A stretch of 38,593 bases of DNA from Folioceros fuciformis (GCA_049999805.1 JBNGIO010006445.1:1-38593), one strand, 5' to 3'. Shown: positions 22,093-33,484, counted from the stretch's first letter. Translations and numbers: made by a program. The notes: generated by a model not told the origin, from the letters alone.

Positions 22093-22104
22093 GCTCTGAT
22101 ACCA
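22093..22104 (-). other. PBS, tRNA-iMet type (TGGTATCAGAGC)
   Basis: Perfect match directly adjacent to the LTR. Confidence 0.95.
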
Positions 22105-22300
22105 TGAAAAACAGGCTAGATCGTCATGCGTAGGCAGGTAGATCAGACAAGAAGAACAAGAAAGAATTAATTGTATTGCACGCGCGTCCACCTAAAAGGT
22201 TAGGGACGGCGGCGGTTGGCCGTGTCCGTTCGTATGGACACGGCGGTTGGTCTTAGGGCACGACTAACGCTTTGACTATTAATACATACGTATTCTAATA
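22105..22300 (-). repeat. 5' LTR of Copia-2 (196 bp; 68 bp shorter than the 3' LTR)
   Basis: Direct repeat of 16546-16809 lacking 16711-16778. Confidence 0.95.
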
Positions 22301-22427
22301 CCTGGAGCGACTGGGTGGTAGGGGAGTCGCCTGGTGGAAGAAGTAAGGGGGCTTGGTAAGGTCCGAGCACTGGACGTGTGTGTCAATAGGATCGACTCCA
22401 ATCTACGTGCAAGTGTAGGAGAGGAGA
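22301..22427 (+). repeat. Fragment of the same Athila-like LTR family as 16146-16545, opposite orientation
   Basis: Reverse complement matches 16304-16383 (cacacacgtccagtgctcggacctt.ccaagcccccttactt). Confidence 0.85.
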
Positions 22428-22437
22428 NNNNNNNNNN

Positions 22438-25400
22438 TGTTGACATACACAAGATCAATAGCTCCAGATAAAATCCTTTCGCGAGAAAATGATAATGTAT
22501 TTCAATGTGTTTTGTCTTGGCATGAAACACTGGGTTTCGCGCCAACTGTATGTTGCTAAGATTGTCACAGTAGATAACAACCTTGTCGTTGACCTGCAAT
22601 CCAAAATCTTCGAGTAACTTACAAATCCAAGTCACTTCACACGCTGCCATTGCTGCGCCTCTGTATTCAGCTTCTGTACTAGACAAAGCCACTGTAGGCT
22701 GCTTCTTGCTACTCCATGTAATTGCTGCACTCCCAAGTGAAAAAATGAATCCACTTGTAGATCTACGATCAGTAACACTGCCTGCCCAATCTGCATCTGT
22801 GTACCCACACAGGTTTATTTCTAAATCTGCAACATAAAAGAGAGCATGATCCATAGTTGCCTTCACATAGCGCAACGTTCGCCTTACTGCATCCAAATGT
22901 GGCTTTCTTGGCGCCTGCATAAACTGACTTTGCAATCCCACTGTATAGTTCAAATCTGGTCGGGATAGAGTGAGATATATCAAGCTACCCACAATCTTCC
23001 TGTACATTGTTGGATCTTCAAGTGCTTCACCATCATGAGCACTGAGCTTTAGATTTTGATCCAAAGGAATCGAGATTGGCTTGCACTCAACCATACCATA
23101 CTTAGTTAGTACATCCGACGCATACTTCCGCTGTGACAGCCAAATGCCTGTGTTGGTTCGTATAATTTCAATGCTCAAAAAGAACCTCAGTTCACCTAGG
23201 TCCGCCATCTTGAACTCTTGTTGTAGAAGTTCCTTGATCTGCTCCACTTGATCCAACTGATTACCTCCAATGATTAGATCATCCACATAAATGGTCACAA
23301 AGACCAGTCGTTTTGTACTTTTGCACACATACAACGAATGATCCGCATCTGCCATGTTGAATCCGATGTGAATCAGATGCTGAGCAAGACGCTCATGCCA
23401 AGCCCTCGGGGCTTGCTTCAGTCCGTACAACGTTTTTTTCAGCTTGCACACATGATTTGGATGATCCAAATCCTCATAACCTGGTGGCTGGTCCATGTAT
23501 ACTTCTTCCAGCAATTCTCCATGTAAAAACGCATTCTTCACATCCATATGATGTAGGACCCAACCTTTCGATGCCGCTAGTGCGATCACGGTTCGAATTG
23601 TTGCCATTTTGGCAACTGGACTGAACGTCTCCTCAAAATCTATTCCATATGTCTGGGCATATCCCTTGGCCACAAGCCTTGCCTTGTACCTGTTGATACT
23701 ACCATCTGCGTTGTGTTTGACCTTGTACACCCATTTGCAACCTATTGGTTTCTTGCCTTCAGGTAGTTGTACTAGGTCCCATGTTGCATTCTGATTTAAT
23801 GCATTCATTTCTTCATCCATAGCATGTTCCCACTTTGTGTCTCCAATAGCTTCTTCAAAGCTTCTTGGTTCCACATCCTGTACAACCTTTGCCATATAGG
23901 CATGGTGCCTAGCTACATAGCTATCATAGGTCAACCGCTGTATTGGAACCTTCTGCCTTCCAGATCTCCGTGGGATTGAACCACTTCCAGGGGCTGATTG
24001 AACCTCTTTTGCACCAGGTGTTTCGATTTTCGGTACACCGAATTCCTCATCCAAGCTCTGCTCAGAGTCGCTTGAATCATCCGCACCTGCACTTAGGTCT
24101 GGTATCTTTGAATCCTGGACTTTTTCCTTCCCTTTGCGAGACACAGCTGTGGAGCTCGTAAGACTCACACTACCTCGCAACCTGCCACTCCATGGATTCT
24201 GAACATTTGTCGAGTTTGATGACGCTTGCGGTCCACTCAACACTTGTGATTGTTGACCTGCATTGCTTGTTACCTCAGTTTCAAGCACATCAGCTACACT
24301 ACTTCCTTGTACTTCAAAGTACCAGCTACCCATTTCATCAAAGACTACGTCTCTGCTTACTCTCATAGTCCGTGTACTGGGATTGTAGCACCTGTATCCT
24401 TTCTGTGTAACAGAATACCCAATGAAGACACACTTTTCTGCTTTTGGATCAAGCTTAGTCCGCAACTCATCCGGAATATGGACATAAGCAATGCAACCAA
24501 ATACCTTTAAGTGTGACAAGTCAGGTTTCTTCCCTGTGAACTTCTCCTCCGGTGTTACACTGTGCACCGCTGCTGTGGAAGTTCTGTTCATGATGTACAC
24601 TGCTGTGCTTACAGCTTCAGCCCAATAGTAGTGAGGCATCTTCTTCTCTGTCATCAATGCTCTCGCCACTTCTGCTATGTGCCTGTTCTTGCGCTCTGCA
24701 ACTCCATTTTGTTGTGGCGTATAACGACATGAGTACTGCCGTTGAATGCCCTGTTCTGATAAGAATTTGCTGAACTCTCTGGAGAAGTACTCTCCCCCTC
24801 CATCAGATCTTAGGCATTTGATGTGCCTACCTGTCTGCTTCTCAACCATCGCCTTGAAAGTATGAAAATGAGTGATCACTTCACTTTTTTCTTTCATGAA
24901 ATAGACCCACACCTTCCTTGTGTGGTCGTCAATGAAGGTCACATAGTACTTGCAGCCTCCGATTGATGCAGTCTGTGTATGACCCCATACATCTGAATGC
25001 ACAACATCCAACACATATCTGCTGACATGTTTGTCATGGGGGAACGCATTCCTAGGCTGTTTCCCAAGTTGACATGCTTCACATATACCTTGCAGTCCAT
25101 TTTCTGTAAGCTTGGGTATGCCTGTGACAACCTTCTGATGCCGCATGGACTTCAACTTCTGCACATTTACATGTCCAATGCGTTTGTGCCACATCTCTAG
25201 GTCTGTCACTACCCTTGTACCCTTCGCAAACATGGCTGACTTCAGCTTAGGAACCTCCACGTTCAAGGTGAACATCCGTCCAACCTTCTGTCCTTGAGCA
25301 ATCAGGCGACCGCCTTTCTTGCACTCTTCAACAAAGAGTCCTGCAGGTGTAAATCTAACCTGCAGTCCTTGCTCAACCATCTGCCCAACTGACACCAAGT

Positions 25401-26486
25401 TCTTTGTGATGTTGGGTACGTGAAGAACATCTACCAGGCACTTCACTTTGCCATCCTGCATCTTCAGAGGTACAGTTCCTGTATGCACAATTGCATGTGT
25501 TGTGTCATCTCCAGTTTCTACATATCCAGGTTTGTCAAGCACTTGCATTTCTTTGAACCACTCCCCATGGCATGTCATGTGGTTCGAAGCTCCTGAGTCC
25601 ACATACCACACAATCTCACCATTGTTGGATCCATTAGCAGACACAGAGTTAAGCATATGCTGCATGACAAACAAGTTTTCTGAGTCGTTCTGACTGCTGC
25701 TAGAGGCATAATTGTTTTGCTGCCTCCTGTTGCCTTGATTTCTCCTTGGACAGTCTCTTTCGAAGTGGTCTAACCTACCACAAGTCCAGCAACCACTATT
25801 GTCTGCATTTGCATCATTTTGTTGTTGATTTCCACGTCCTCTTTGACTCCCCCAGCCTCGAGAATTTTCTCCTCTTCCACGTGTACTCTTGTACTGGGAC
25901 TCCTGATTCTGTTGTTGATTTTGGTAGGGATTCCGACCTCTACCACCTCTTTGCCCTCTGCCACCTTGGGCTCTACCTCTGCCTCTGCCAGAGTAGAAGG
26001 CCTGCTCAGAGTTTTCCTTAGGCTTAGAGGATGATTCCTCGCCTAGGTTTTTCTCCTCTATGATCAACATAGAAATCAGGTCTGAGAAATTGGGAATGTT
26101 TTCCCGAGTCTGTATGGAAGTCTTGAACTGCTTGTAGGCAGGTGTTAACCCGCGCAAGCAAACTTCGACCTTGTCATCATCTTCCACACTGACACCAATG
26201 GACGCAAGGGATTCCACTATCCCTTTGATCTTTAACGCGTACTCATTGATTGATAAGTTCTTCTTCATAACTGTGTTGAAGTCATTCTTCAACTGCAGTT
26301 TTCTCGCCTTCGTGTTAGTCTCATAGAGTTTTACCAACTCATCCCATGCTTCTTTGGGCGACTCTGCATCCTGTATGTCCCAATCATGGTGTCATGAATG
26401 CTGATTGACAGCCAATACATGACCTTCCGAGATCCTTGACTCCAATCCTTCAGCGCCTTAATCTGCTCCGCTGTTGCATTCCGTTC
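22438..26486 (-). mobile_element. Ty1/Copia element 'Copia-4' gag-pol (gag, knuckle, PR, INT, RT, RNase H), bounded by N gaps
   Basis: CWTCGRLDHFERDC; YVDSGAS; VHSDVWG; NGVAER; IYVDD; YTDADWA; 1-bp frameshifts near 26379 and 22484; LTRs not visible. Confidence 0.93.
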
Positions 26487-26765
26487 NNNNNNNNNNNNNN
26501 NNNNNNNNNNNNNNNNNNNNNNNNNNNNNNNNNNNNNNNNNNNNNNNNNNNNNNNNNNNNNNNNNNNNNNNNNNNNNNNNNNNNNNGTCTGCCCACAAAG
26601 CTCCCGTGAGATTTCCTGTCAATTCCTTCCCTGCTGCCAAGCTAGGGTTAGCACACTTTCTTGCAGCTGCTGAGGCTATTGCAGCTGTTGCCTCCACTTG
26701 TCAGCCCTTCCACAGAGCTCTGGGGATCAACAGCNNNNNNNNNNCTACACAACTTCCAGGTTCAA

Positions 26766-28042
26766 TATGGGATAATCTACACTATCCTAAGGTCACTAAT
26801 AACTAGAACTAGTCTAGTATGAACCCAACTGGGATAACTAACACCACATGAGTTTAGCTCATACAGAGCTCGATAACTCAACAACAACTGCCTGGTTGAG
26901 ATCCCCGCGCTGCCAAGGTGGGTAGTGAGTGCGAGAAGCTCCTAGGGGTGGTCGAGAGCATTGCTCCGTGGCTGGTGGTGAGGGGGACGAATCCGCAAGT
27001 TCTGCTGGCATGGGAGAGGAGCTAAAGGATTGGCATAGGGCGGGTTTGGAGCTTGCTCGTAATGTTGTTGTGTCGTACAAAGGTTTTCCCCTCCCTTATT
27101 CCTTGAACTACCCGTCGTGTTTTGAAATTCTAAGTGTGGAAGTGAGTGTGTGAAGACGAAGATCGAAGGGGTAAGTGACGAGAATGTGTGTGAGAAGTGA
27201 AGAAGAGAAGGAGAGCAGAGTGGCCAAGCACTGAACGTGATGCGAGGTGTGAGGCAGGTGACTGAGATTAAGAAGAAGAACTAACTGAACGAACTAGAAA
27301 ATTGTATGAAATTGCTGAGAGATTGGAGATGAATCCTAGAAGATTTCGGAGAGATTTTTAGGCGATGTGGAGGATTGTTGAAGATTGTTGGAGATTGTGG
27401 AGCATTGCTGAGAGATTCATAGGGATTTGTGGACACTTATGGAGGATTGGAGACATTTGAAGTCAGGCCTGTGATAAGCAAGTGTGAATGGGAGCGCTTG
27501 TATGTTTTGTTTTGCATATGTAGAGAGTCTTACTTGTGTGTATGAAGGAGTGTGGCTAATTCGCAGGGTATTGTTCCCCGAGGATTGGCATTTGCATGAG
27601 TGGAGAGCATCCAATAAGACCTTATTTGTGAATCTGGGAACCCTTGGGACAGAAACCCATGGTGGAAACCCGTGGCGGCGCGTGCGCCGGAAAAATATTA
27701 GTTAGGGTTTTGGGTGGGTCCCACCATGGTCATGGGAACAACTACCGGTCGTGGAACTAGCGACCATAGTAGAAGAGTAGAAACTGGAGTTGTAGAGTAG
27801 GAACCGGAGTTGTAGAGCCTAGGGTTCGTGGTAGCTGGGCTAACTGTGGGGTAGTACTAGTTGAGCTAGTAGATAGTAGGGGTGGTAGTAGGTGAGTCCT
27901 AACTTAGGTAAGGATCCGTAGTGGTAGAAGTTAGCGTTACTTGGCACAAATCATTCGCTTGGAAGCGAATCATACGACTACAACAACATAGAGGGTGAAT
28001 GTGGGCCTTTCAGTGTCTCCGAACACAAGATGTCAATCCACA
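26766..28042 (+). repeat. Athila-like LTR (solo or 3' LTR), ~1277 bp
   Basis: Ends in tccaca; last ~100 bp match the reverse complement of 16146-16250; no PBS follows; left boundary (tatggg) inferred from length and terminal similarity; no TSD match. Confidence 0.65.
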
Positions 28043-29148
28043 ACTAGGCTCCGTAGCATCACCCTATATTGGTTTAGATTACGCGGAGTTGGGGGCAGGC
28101 AAGGAGGATTTCTGCCATCAGGCCGCAAACCATCAACTACGGGGCTTGCAACATTCAAGTTCACCTCAACTGCACAAGTAATACAAACGCTTGAAGGCAC
28201 ATGAATTGAGGAAGGTTATGGCGAGTAGATGGATCTGCAGCTTACTTTGAACTCTTGCCTCAGCGTTTATTGGGGGGGGGGGGGGGGTGGTGGGGCAGCG
28301 ATTGACAATATCTGCCAGGTGGCGAGTGAAGGTGACTCAAGTGCAAAGATCTCCTATCATCTAGTTGCCTCTGAAACTGAGATACTACAAGCTGCAACAA
28401 TGGCTCATGAAAGCTTAGAAACCCACAAGCTCACCAGACAATATCAAACAAATTCGACACACCATTCAATTGAATGCATTCCGGTTGAACACAACAAGAA
28501 GCCATGATTGTAGTCGCTTGCCTCGTTGATGTCATCCGTGCCGTGCGTAGATTGCAGCATCGTTTCCAAACACCAGGAAACCAAAATGCGCCCTTCTGGT
28601 GTGCATAAGCTACTTCGTGCCCCTTATGTCAAAGACACTTGACCTCCAACGCGAATGGCGGGTTCTTGTGTCTACCCATAAAGTTAAATCCCAACAAGCA
28701 TGCTTGTGGACCTGAATCATTGAGCTGGTGGCCATATAAGTTGAGACAGTCAGCTTGGGACATTATTATTATAGCATCTACCTCAGATTCAGACAGATCA
28801 CGACCTACATTACCTAATTTTCAGGCAGCGGCAGTTCAAACTGGTTGTATCTAGTCGAGTGCCAGCAAGGTATGTAGACCTAAATACGGTGTGCACATAA
28901 CGATAGGCTATTCAATTTACCATTTAAGGCCGGATTGTTCATGTACAATCCAAGACTCAACTAGTCACTTAGGCACCTTCAGAGTGTAGTCGCAAGCGAC
29001 CTGTGTATGGGACAGTCGATGAAGTGCAACCTTCTAGTTGGTGGCCCCCGGTCTGTAAGAGCTCAACAGAGTCACACATGCTACAAAGGAGGCAGAGTGG
29101 GAAAGATCCTTCCTCACAAACATTGACCAGAAGTAGGATTCTCCTATG

Positions 29149-29699
29149 CCCTTGTATTGTGATCTAGCCTTGGTTGCAAACCCTAAGTTCCACGCCAGGA
29201 CGAAGCACATTGAGATTTAGCACCACTACATCTGTGATGTTGTTGAGCGGGGTGTAGTTAAGGCCACCTATGTCTCTGCTGAGGAAAATGCTGCAAATAT
29301 ATTGACTAAGGGCTTACCTAAGCTGCACCATTATTAGCATACGTAGAAGCTAGGTTTGGTCGACTTCTCACCGCAATTCATTCACGACCGGAAGTTGAAG
29401 CGAAGACTTAGCTTTCGGAGGGAGCATTGTGGCATTCTTCTATCATAAGAAGCCAGACGTCCTTGCCAAGCCACGTGGATGAAGCTATGACGCCTTTCTA
29501 ATCGTTTGGCCTTGGCATCCCACCCTTCTTTGTTTCTTAGCTTATGATTAGCTTAAGAGGGTGTGTTCTATTATGATTAGCTTAAGAGGGTGTGTTCTAT
29601 TATGATTAGCTTAAGAGGGAGTGTTAGAACACAGATAAGCTATTTATAAGCCTGTATGTTGGCGTTCGTTAGGTTACTAGCGAATTGTTATCGCCAACA
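29149..29699 (+). mobile_element. Old Copia relic: RNase H C-terminus, PPT and start of 3' LTR
   Basis: PLYCD..ANPKFHARTKHIEI*HHYI..NAANILTKGL with stops; AAGAGGGAG then TGTTAG at 29622. Confidence 0.8.
29542..29626. repeat. 29-bp tandem repeat, ~3 copies, covering the PPT/LTR boundary
   Basis: ttatgattagcttaagaggg(t/a)gtgtt at 29542, 29571 and 29600. Confidence 0.9.
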
Positions 29700-29819
29700 G
29701 GTGCGTCCTTTCGCAATGGACACCCAAGCATGTATTTAAGACCACCTCCTTTTGTACTTTGTGAGCATGACGTGATAGATGCAATAGATGCAATAGATGC
29801 AATCCTACTGTTAGGATTT

Positions 29820-32669
29820 TCACAAAGGAGACCGCTTGTGATGGCTAGAACGCCTGTGACGGATAGGAGACCGCTTTGCGAAATCGGAGCGTACCGATTT
29901 CAAGATCCCATTCCTCATGTCGAACATGGTCGCCTGTGTGTAGGAGGGGGCGGTGCGGTGCGGATGGTGGAGAGCCTGGCTAGGGCCCGGAGGAGGCTCC
30001 TGTGGGGTCTGCGTGTTGATGTCGTACTCGGTCTTCACAACCTTCCTCAAGGCGAACGTCTTTCTCAAGGCGCGCAAGGATCGTTGGAGATCGATGTAGA
30101 ATCCGTTGGCGCCCGGAGTGCGGCGTTGCCACCAGACCAAAAGGAGCTCCCCAAACCATTCCAAGCAGTCCTTGAGCATGGGGATGACTGCGAAGAACAC
30201 CAGGAACATGCCTCCCAGGATACTGGACACCAGCATAGATGACAAGGTGTTCGGCGGAAGGTTTCCCATCCCGGCTGTGACGAATGCTCCGATGACAAAG
30301 GCTGTGGAAATGGTGAGGCTGGAGGACGTGTAAGCTATACCTTTGCGGAGCTTCTTCACCTCCTTCTCAATGAAATGTTCCGGCTTGGGCATGACGATGC
30401 GGATGGAGAGCACCAGAGTGTAGACGGCGAAGGAGAAGGAGAGGGTGTTGAAGGACCAGAATGCCTTCACAGCCCAAGGTCTGTAGCTCCCGAAGGCTCC
30501 TCCGAAAGGAGGCTGGAGGAACCCGCCAAAGGTGACGCTGGCGATGAGAGAGCCGCCTACAATGAGGCCGTTGGCGGCGTTGTGAAAGCTCTGCTTGTCT
30601 TGAATCATCCTCTCCATAAACATCCGTACGTCCTTCCTTCCCAGGAGACTATCCATGGCTTCTTGCCACTCGTACCATACTAGTTGCAGTGCCCTCTGCT
30701 TGTCCTGGTTTCTCATGTTTGCCTGCAGCGCACGTTTTTCGCACACCCGGTTGATGATGTGTATCCTCCTTTCGAGTATTGCGATGTGCAGAACGGTGTC
30801 TCCTGTGCTGGTTTGCGCATTGAGCTCCAGAGCGGGGTGTTCCAGCATCTTGGTGAACACGTCCAACTGGCCTCGGTGGGCAGCAATGTGGAGTGGCGTC
30901 ATGTTGGAGTAGCATTTATCATCATGCAGTTGTCTGCTGACTTCCGTTGGCGGGAGTCCTGTAGAGCTGTTCTTGGGGTTTAAGGCGCGCTTTATCAAAG
31001 CCTCTACCTTGGTCTGCGCATTCTGGACTTCGGCTGAGCCGCTTGCCAACAACGTCCGCAAAGCCTGTAGAATGGGGCCTACTCTGGAGCCTGAGAGCAG
31101 CTTCAACAAGTGGTTCAGTCTGTCCTGGTCAACTCCTGGGGCAGCGAGCATCTGCCGGAGCACCTCAAGATGTTCTCGATAGGCAGCCACATGCTGATCA
31201 CACAAGCGAGCGGAGCATTTGTCACCATCTTTGAGAATGTGAAATTCTGTGTGCGCATTCACACTCAACTTCTCCTGGGAGAGCAACTGGATGAGAACAT
31301 CTACGTGGCCCCAGTAAGCTGCGAGATGCAGAGATGTCATACCCTTGTAGTGATGGCCGTTGAGGAAGAAGTTACAGCTGCCAGTCTTGACGTTGAGCAG
31401 CATCCCCGTTCTCACATCTTTCACCAGGATTCCTACGATGTCAGATTGGCCCCTGTAAGCAGCGATGTGGACGGCAGTCATGGAGTCACACTGAGAATAC
31501 TTATCGGGGTAGAAGCGCAGGCCCCTGGTCCGCATCATCACATCCACTCTCTGATCCGCTAACAGCTTGGCCATCACTCCAAGATCCCTTCCCCACATGG
31601 CGGCACAGTGGAGAGGACTCGTACCATAGTGCTTCTCAACAGCGTTCACGTCAATGGCGCCGTGCAAGAGCAGCTCAGCCACGACTTTCGTATTGCCAAC
31701 CTCTGCTGCCAGATGAAGAGCAGTGTCTCCCCGCTTCTCAAATCCCTCTCTTGCAAACATCACAGTGCTGTGGACCGTGGCATCCACCAGCTGAGGGCGA
31801 AGGTGTTTCCAGTGAACCTGTGCCATCTTGTCGAGGTCATCCTCCCTGATGGCGCCAGCGCCGATCTTGGCATTGATTTTGATCTGAGTATGACGTCTAA
31901 GCAGCTTCACCACCTGAACCTGGTCACCAGGCATCCAACAGGCCACGTGCAAGGGAGTGAACTTTCCAACTTCGTCCTTGGCATTCACATCAATCTGTAG
32001 ATCCGCCAGCAACACTTTGACAACAGCAGAATGGCCATGCCGAGAGGCATAGTGAAGGGCAGTGCGTTGCAGGCCGTCCTTGGCATTGATGAAATCTGCG
32101 AATGACTCGTTGAGGGCTTTGCGGGTAGCCGAGAGAAGAACTTGAACGACTACTGCATGCCCCCCATCTGCTGCCATGTGAAGAGCTGTATGACCATCCG
32201 CAGTCTTTGCATCGAGCTTCACCCCGATCGTTTTCAGGAGCACGTTCACAACTTCCAGGTGGCCACGGAAGGCTGCCATGTGCAGCGCACTGATGTCCCC
32301 TTTGCAGTGGGCATTCACATCGGTGCCTTTCTCTAATTGTTCCTTCACTTGCTTCACCTGACCTGTCCATGCCGTTATATGCAAAGACCTGATGTCAAGA
32401 TTACGGTGAACCTTGTCAGCCAACAGGGAGACCGAGAGCGAGGGGAAGCTGTCCAGAATCAATTCTACAACTTTATCATGGTTATTTTCCGCAGCCTGGT
32501 GCATACCCAGAACCACTGACAGAGTCTCAGCCACCCCATGCTTGCTCTGCAGTATCTCCTTCACCTTCTCAAGCTCCCCATTTTCAGCGGCGTCCACGAA
32601 CAAGGTGGCACTGGTCACTGCTGGATTGAACCCGACACCGGACCCAAAGATGTTACTGCTGGTTTCCAT
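29820..32669 (-). CDS. Ankyrin-repeat protein with C-terminal PGG-type four-TM domain (ACD6/ITN1-like), ~949 aa from METSS
   Basis: More than a dozen TALHxAA/TPLH repeats; LIASVTFGGFLQPPFG plus hydrophobic helices; uninterrupted frame (open to 32870); candidate splice acceptor ctgcag at ~32690 suggests the ATG at 32669 or an upstream exon. Confidence 0.88.
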   Translation of the reverse strand: METSSNIFGSGVGFNPAVTSATLFVDAAENGELEKVKEILQSKHGVAETLSVVLGMHQAAENNHDKVVELILDSFPSLSVSLLADKVHRNLDIRSLHITAWTGQVKQVKEQLEKGTDVNAHCKGDISALHMAAFRGHLEVVNVLLKTIGVKLDAKTADGHTALHMAADGGHAVVVQVLLSATRKALNESFADFINAKDGLQRTALHYASRHGHSAVVKVLLADLQIDVNAKDEVGKFTPLHVACWMPGDQVQVVKLLRRHTQIKINAKIGAGAIREDDLDKMAQVHWKHLRPQLVDATVHSTVMFAREGFEKRGDTALHLAAEVGNTKVVAELLLHGAIDVNAVEKHYGTSPLHCAAMWGRDLGVMAKLLADQRVDVMMRTRGLRFYPDKYSQCDSMTAVHIAAYRGQSDIVGILVKDVRTGMLLNVKTGSCNFFLNGHHYKGMTSLHLAAYWGHVDVLIQLLSQEKLSVNAHTEFHILKDGDKCSARLCDQHVAAYREHLEVLRQMLAAPGVDQDRLNHLLKLLSGSRVGPILQALRTLLASGSAEVQNAQTKVEALIKRALNPKNSSTGLPPTEVSRQLHDDKCYSNMTPLHIAAHRGQLDVFTKMLEHPALELNAQTSTGDTVLHIAILERRIHIINRVCEKRALQANMRNQDKQRALQLVWYEWQEAMDSLLGRKDVRMFMERMIQDKQSFHNAANGLIVGGSLIASVTFGGFLQPPFGGAFGSYRPWAVKAFWSFNTLSFSFAVYTLVLSIRIVMPKPEHFIEKEVKKLRKGIAYTSSSLTISTAFVIGAFVTAGMGNLPPNTLSSMLVSSILGGMFLVFFAVIPMLKDCLEWFGELLLVWWQRRTPGANGFYIDLQRSLRALRKTFALRKVVKTEYDINTQTPQEPPPGPSQALHHPHRTAPSYTQATMFDMRNGILKSVRSDFAKRSPIRHRRSSHHKRSPL

Positions 32670-33480
32670 TCGAAGCCAGACGTCACTCCCTGCAGACGGA
32701 AGCGTATTGAAGCCGCTAACAATCCAGATCTCCAGTACCAGTCTCCTCTTCCTCTGTACGTCTGGATTGGAGACAAGGATTGCCGGCTCGGTTGGTAACA
32801 GCTGCCGAGTCAGGACAAGCCACCGGAAGTAGCATTTCTCAACGCTTTCAGGGATGGGAGCAGCATGCACGTTTTACACCCTGTGGCATTTTACCAGCGA
32901 CAATGCCACCAAGCTTGAGCGTATCTGCCAAGAGGATCCCGCCGATAAAAGGGCTGCAGACGCAAGGCAAACACAGATTCTGCAACTGGTACAGATACAT
33001 GAAACAAGACTTGAGTGCCTTGCCGTGCTCGCCTTGCCCAGGCTGGACCAACAATTGCAAGGATTCAGGAGCCCTGGCCTGAACTACACAGTTGTTGTTG
33101 TACGCAAACAGTACAAAAGATCAGTGTACCGTATCGGGTTCAATGGCCTCGTGCTGGCATCGGGACGAGTGACGACATGACCGACTGGTCGTTACGAAGT
33201 GCCGTGCCCACCCCTTCAAGCCGATGAAGCCGCCGACTCCACTGTCCGAAGTCAGACATATATTTCCGTGCGTGGAAAAACTTAAAAAAATAACATTTCG
33301 CTCCCGTTGCCTGCCCGGCTGCTATATATGGTACATGGGCGCCATTTCCCGCACGTGTAGCGTAGGAGAAAGCCGGATGGGGAGGGGGAGGGGGAGGGCA
33401 AGAGATTGCAGATGGATGTACGGTCCATGTGATTCTCCAGGCTGATGCTCCCCTTGACAAGTGCCTTATTTCTCGAGGCC

Positions 33481-33484
<4 letters not shown>

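Larger units (their letters stand above)
16546..22300 (-). mobile_element. Ty1/Copia element 'Copia-2', near full length with two LTRs; defective
   Basis: LTRs 16546-16809 and 22105-22300; PBS 22093-22104; PPT TAAGTGGGAG at 16810-16819; gag-PR-INT-RT order. Confidence 0.95.

Noticed and set aside
22279-22483. C-terminal extension of the 1352-aa ORF
   Set aside because: Artefact of a 1-bp frameshift near 22484 and read-through across an N gap into unrelated LTR sequence.
26370-26390. Frameshift in Copia-4 gag as programmed frameshifting
   Set aside because: It is a single missing base inside gag near a contig edge; mutation or sequencing error is more likely.
28272-28287. Poly-G run
   Set aside because: Simple homopolymer; its length is unreliable in assemblies.
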